Shown: positions 62,822 to 64,000 of the stretch, piece by piece
Layout: every line of letters begins with the position of its first letter
Position numbering within the stretch: the stretch's first letter is position 1
Assembly: GCF_964188315.1 (NCBI RefSeq)
Contig: NC_135656.1
Coordinates: 76,818,001 to 76,882,000 of the forward strand
Length of the DNA: 64,000 nt
Direction of reading: 5' to 3'
Source of the DNA: Podarcis muralis
Lineage: Eukaryota
Made by a program: the position numbers and the translations under genes
The notes under the pieces: generated by a model
The model's input: the letters and a program-made list of their open reading frames with translations, nothing else
Database searches by the model: none
What the model was told of the DNA's origin: nothing

Positions 62822-63012
62822 GTGTCATAGGAGCCAACTCCTAGGGGCTGAGGGAGCTCCCCCCTCCCCTGAAATATTTGAGGGAGCCAGGGGCCCCCAA
62901 GTTGATGGGCATTGCCATTCAAATGCTGAGCATGCACCGTGTCATGTGATTGATGATGCGGGGCACGGCTTACCTGCCCTTCCCAATATTTTATTCAAGT
63001 TGGCCCCCCTGA
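62822..63012 (+). mobile_element. Non-autonomous DNA element, copy 2
   Basis: Similar throughout to 43972-44165. Confidence 0.7.
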
Positions 63013-63954
63013 TGAGAGTAATTGTGTGTAGTCTCCTCACACTTCACAGGCTGAACAAATTGTTGTTAGAACTTCTGGAGGCAGGAGCTGGGTAGTTAAG
63101 TGCATACAGTAAAGTCCTAAGGGGAGAATAATACAAAAAGCAGAGATAAAATAAATAAATAAAATCAATTTGAAATTTACAAGAGCCAAACACTTTGCAC
63201 CAACTAACTTGTAGATGTAGACAATGCCATTTTAAATAATTTCTGCTCTGCCACCACATGGTGTCACTGGCGCTTTGCAGCATGAGGAACGCATGAGTTT
63301 TAGGAACATAAAATGATCATTCCAAGCAGTACACAGAGGAAGAACATTAATACACAAATCAGTGGTTCTCAGGACAGCGACCAAAAATAGTGAACTAGAA
63401 ACCATTTTAACAATAAAGAATAGATACATTTTTCAGGTTGGGAAATATATCCCATTCTACTAAACTGCATGTTCAGAACATACACTAACAATTCCATACA
63501 CAGTAAAATGCCGTTGGTGGCTGTGCTCTCAGTGCATGCAGACCCAGGCTGTGCCTTCCGGCCTTCCACTCTGCCATTTTGTTCGTAAGAAGCTGAAGAA
63601 ATTATTTGTGAGGCCAGACTGACATGGGTTACAACAGCTATGGTGGAGAAACAGAGGGAAATACTTCAGATTGTAACCTCCCCAAATTTCCAGTGGTCCC
63701 AAGATGATGGACACCCTTTGAATACTGTCATTTAGTATAATGATTAGTGGACATTTCTTTATAGATAATGATCAGGCAACTGTCTTCTTTATGCATAGCA
63801 ATAAAGATTGGGCCACTCTCATGGGCTCCATGGAAGATATTAATCCTGTGAGGAAGAGTTAACTGCAACAGCTGGTCCAGGTAAAGTGAAATGACTGCTT
63901 CAGGTGGCAAATGATTAGCATAGTAGTGACAGCCCCCTTGCTGTTTGTTCTAGG

Positions 63955-64000
63955 GCAGGGGTCGGTAAAGTTTTCTGCTGGTGGGCCGGATCACCCGCAC
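63955..64000. mobile_element. hAT MITE left end, running off the window
   Basis: CAGGGGTCGGTAAAGTTTT...GGGCCGGAT resembles the 57504 element terminus. Confidence 0.55.

Overview
Eukaryotic, repeat-rich non-coding DNA from a squamate reptile, most likely a lacertid lizard. This is inferred from Sauria SINEs, Bov-B, Squam3-like tRNA SINEs and abundant Tigger/Tc2/hAT MITEs. I could not identify any host protein-coding gene, tRNA, rRNA or CRISPR array, so the window reads as intronic or intergenic. The only long ORF (13633-16518, minus; first ATG at 16488, 951 aa) is a full-length, apparently intact Rex1/Babar-type non-LTR retrotransposon with APE, RT and a DUF1891-like region, an (ATTCT)n tail and a YY1-like 5' start. 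A 99%-identical extra copy of its first 209 bp sits 200 bp upstream. Other content: solo LTRs (three with intact 5-bp TSDs; two related LTRs carry an acidic-then-basic ORF starting at LTR nt 5), many DNA-transposon MITEs with TSDs, CR1/L2/RTE/RTE-X-like fragments with nested insertions, several near-perfect hairpins and a few candidate conserved non-coding elements. Family names are from pattern recognition, not database searches. I found no convincing new multi-gene system; the best leads are the Rex1 element and its duplicated 5' end, the LTR-internal ORFs and the hairpins.
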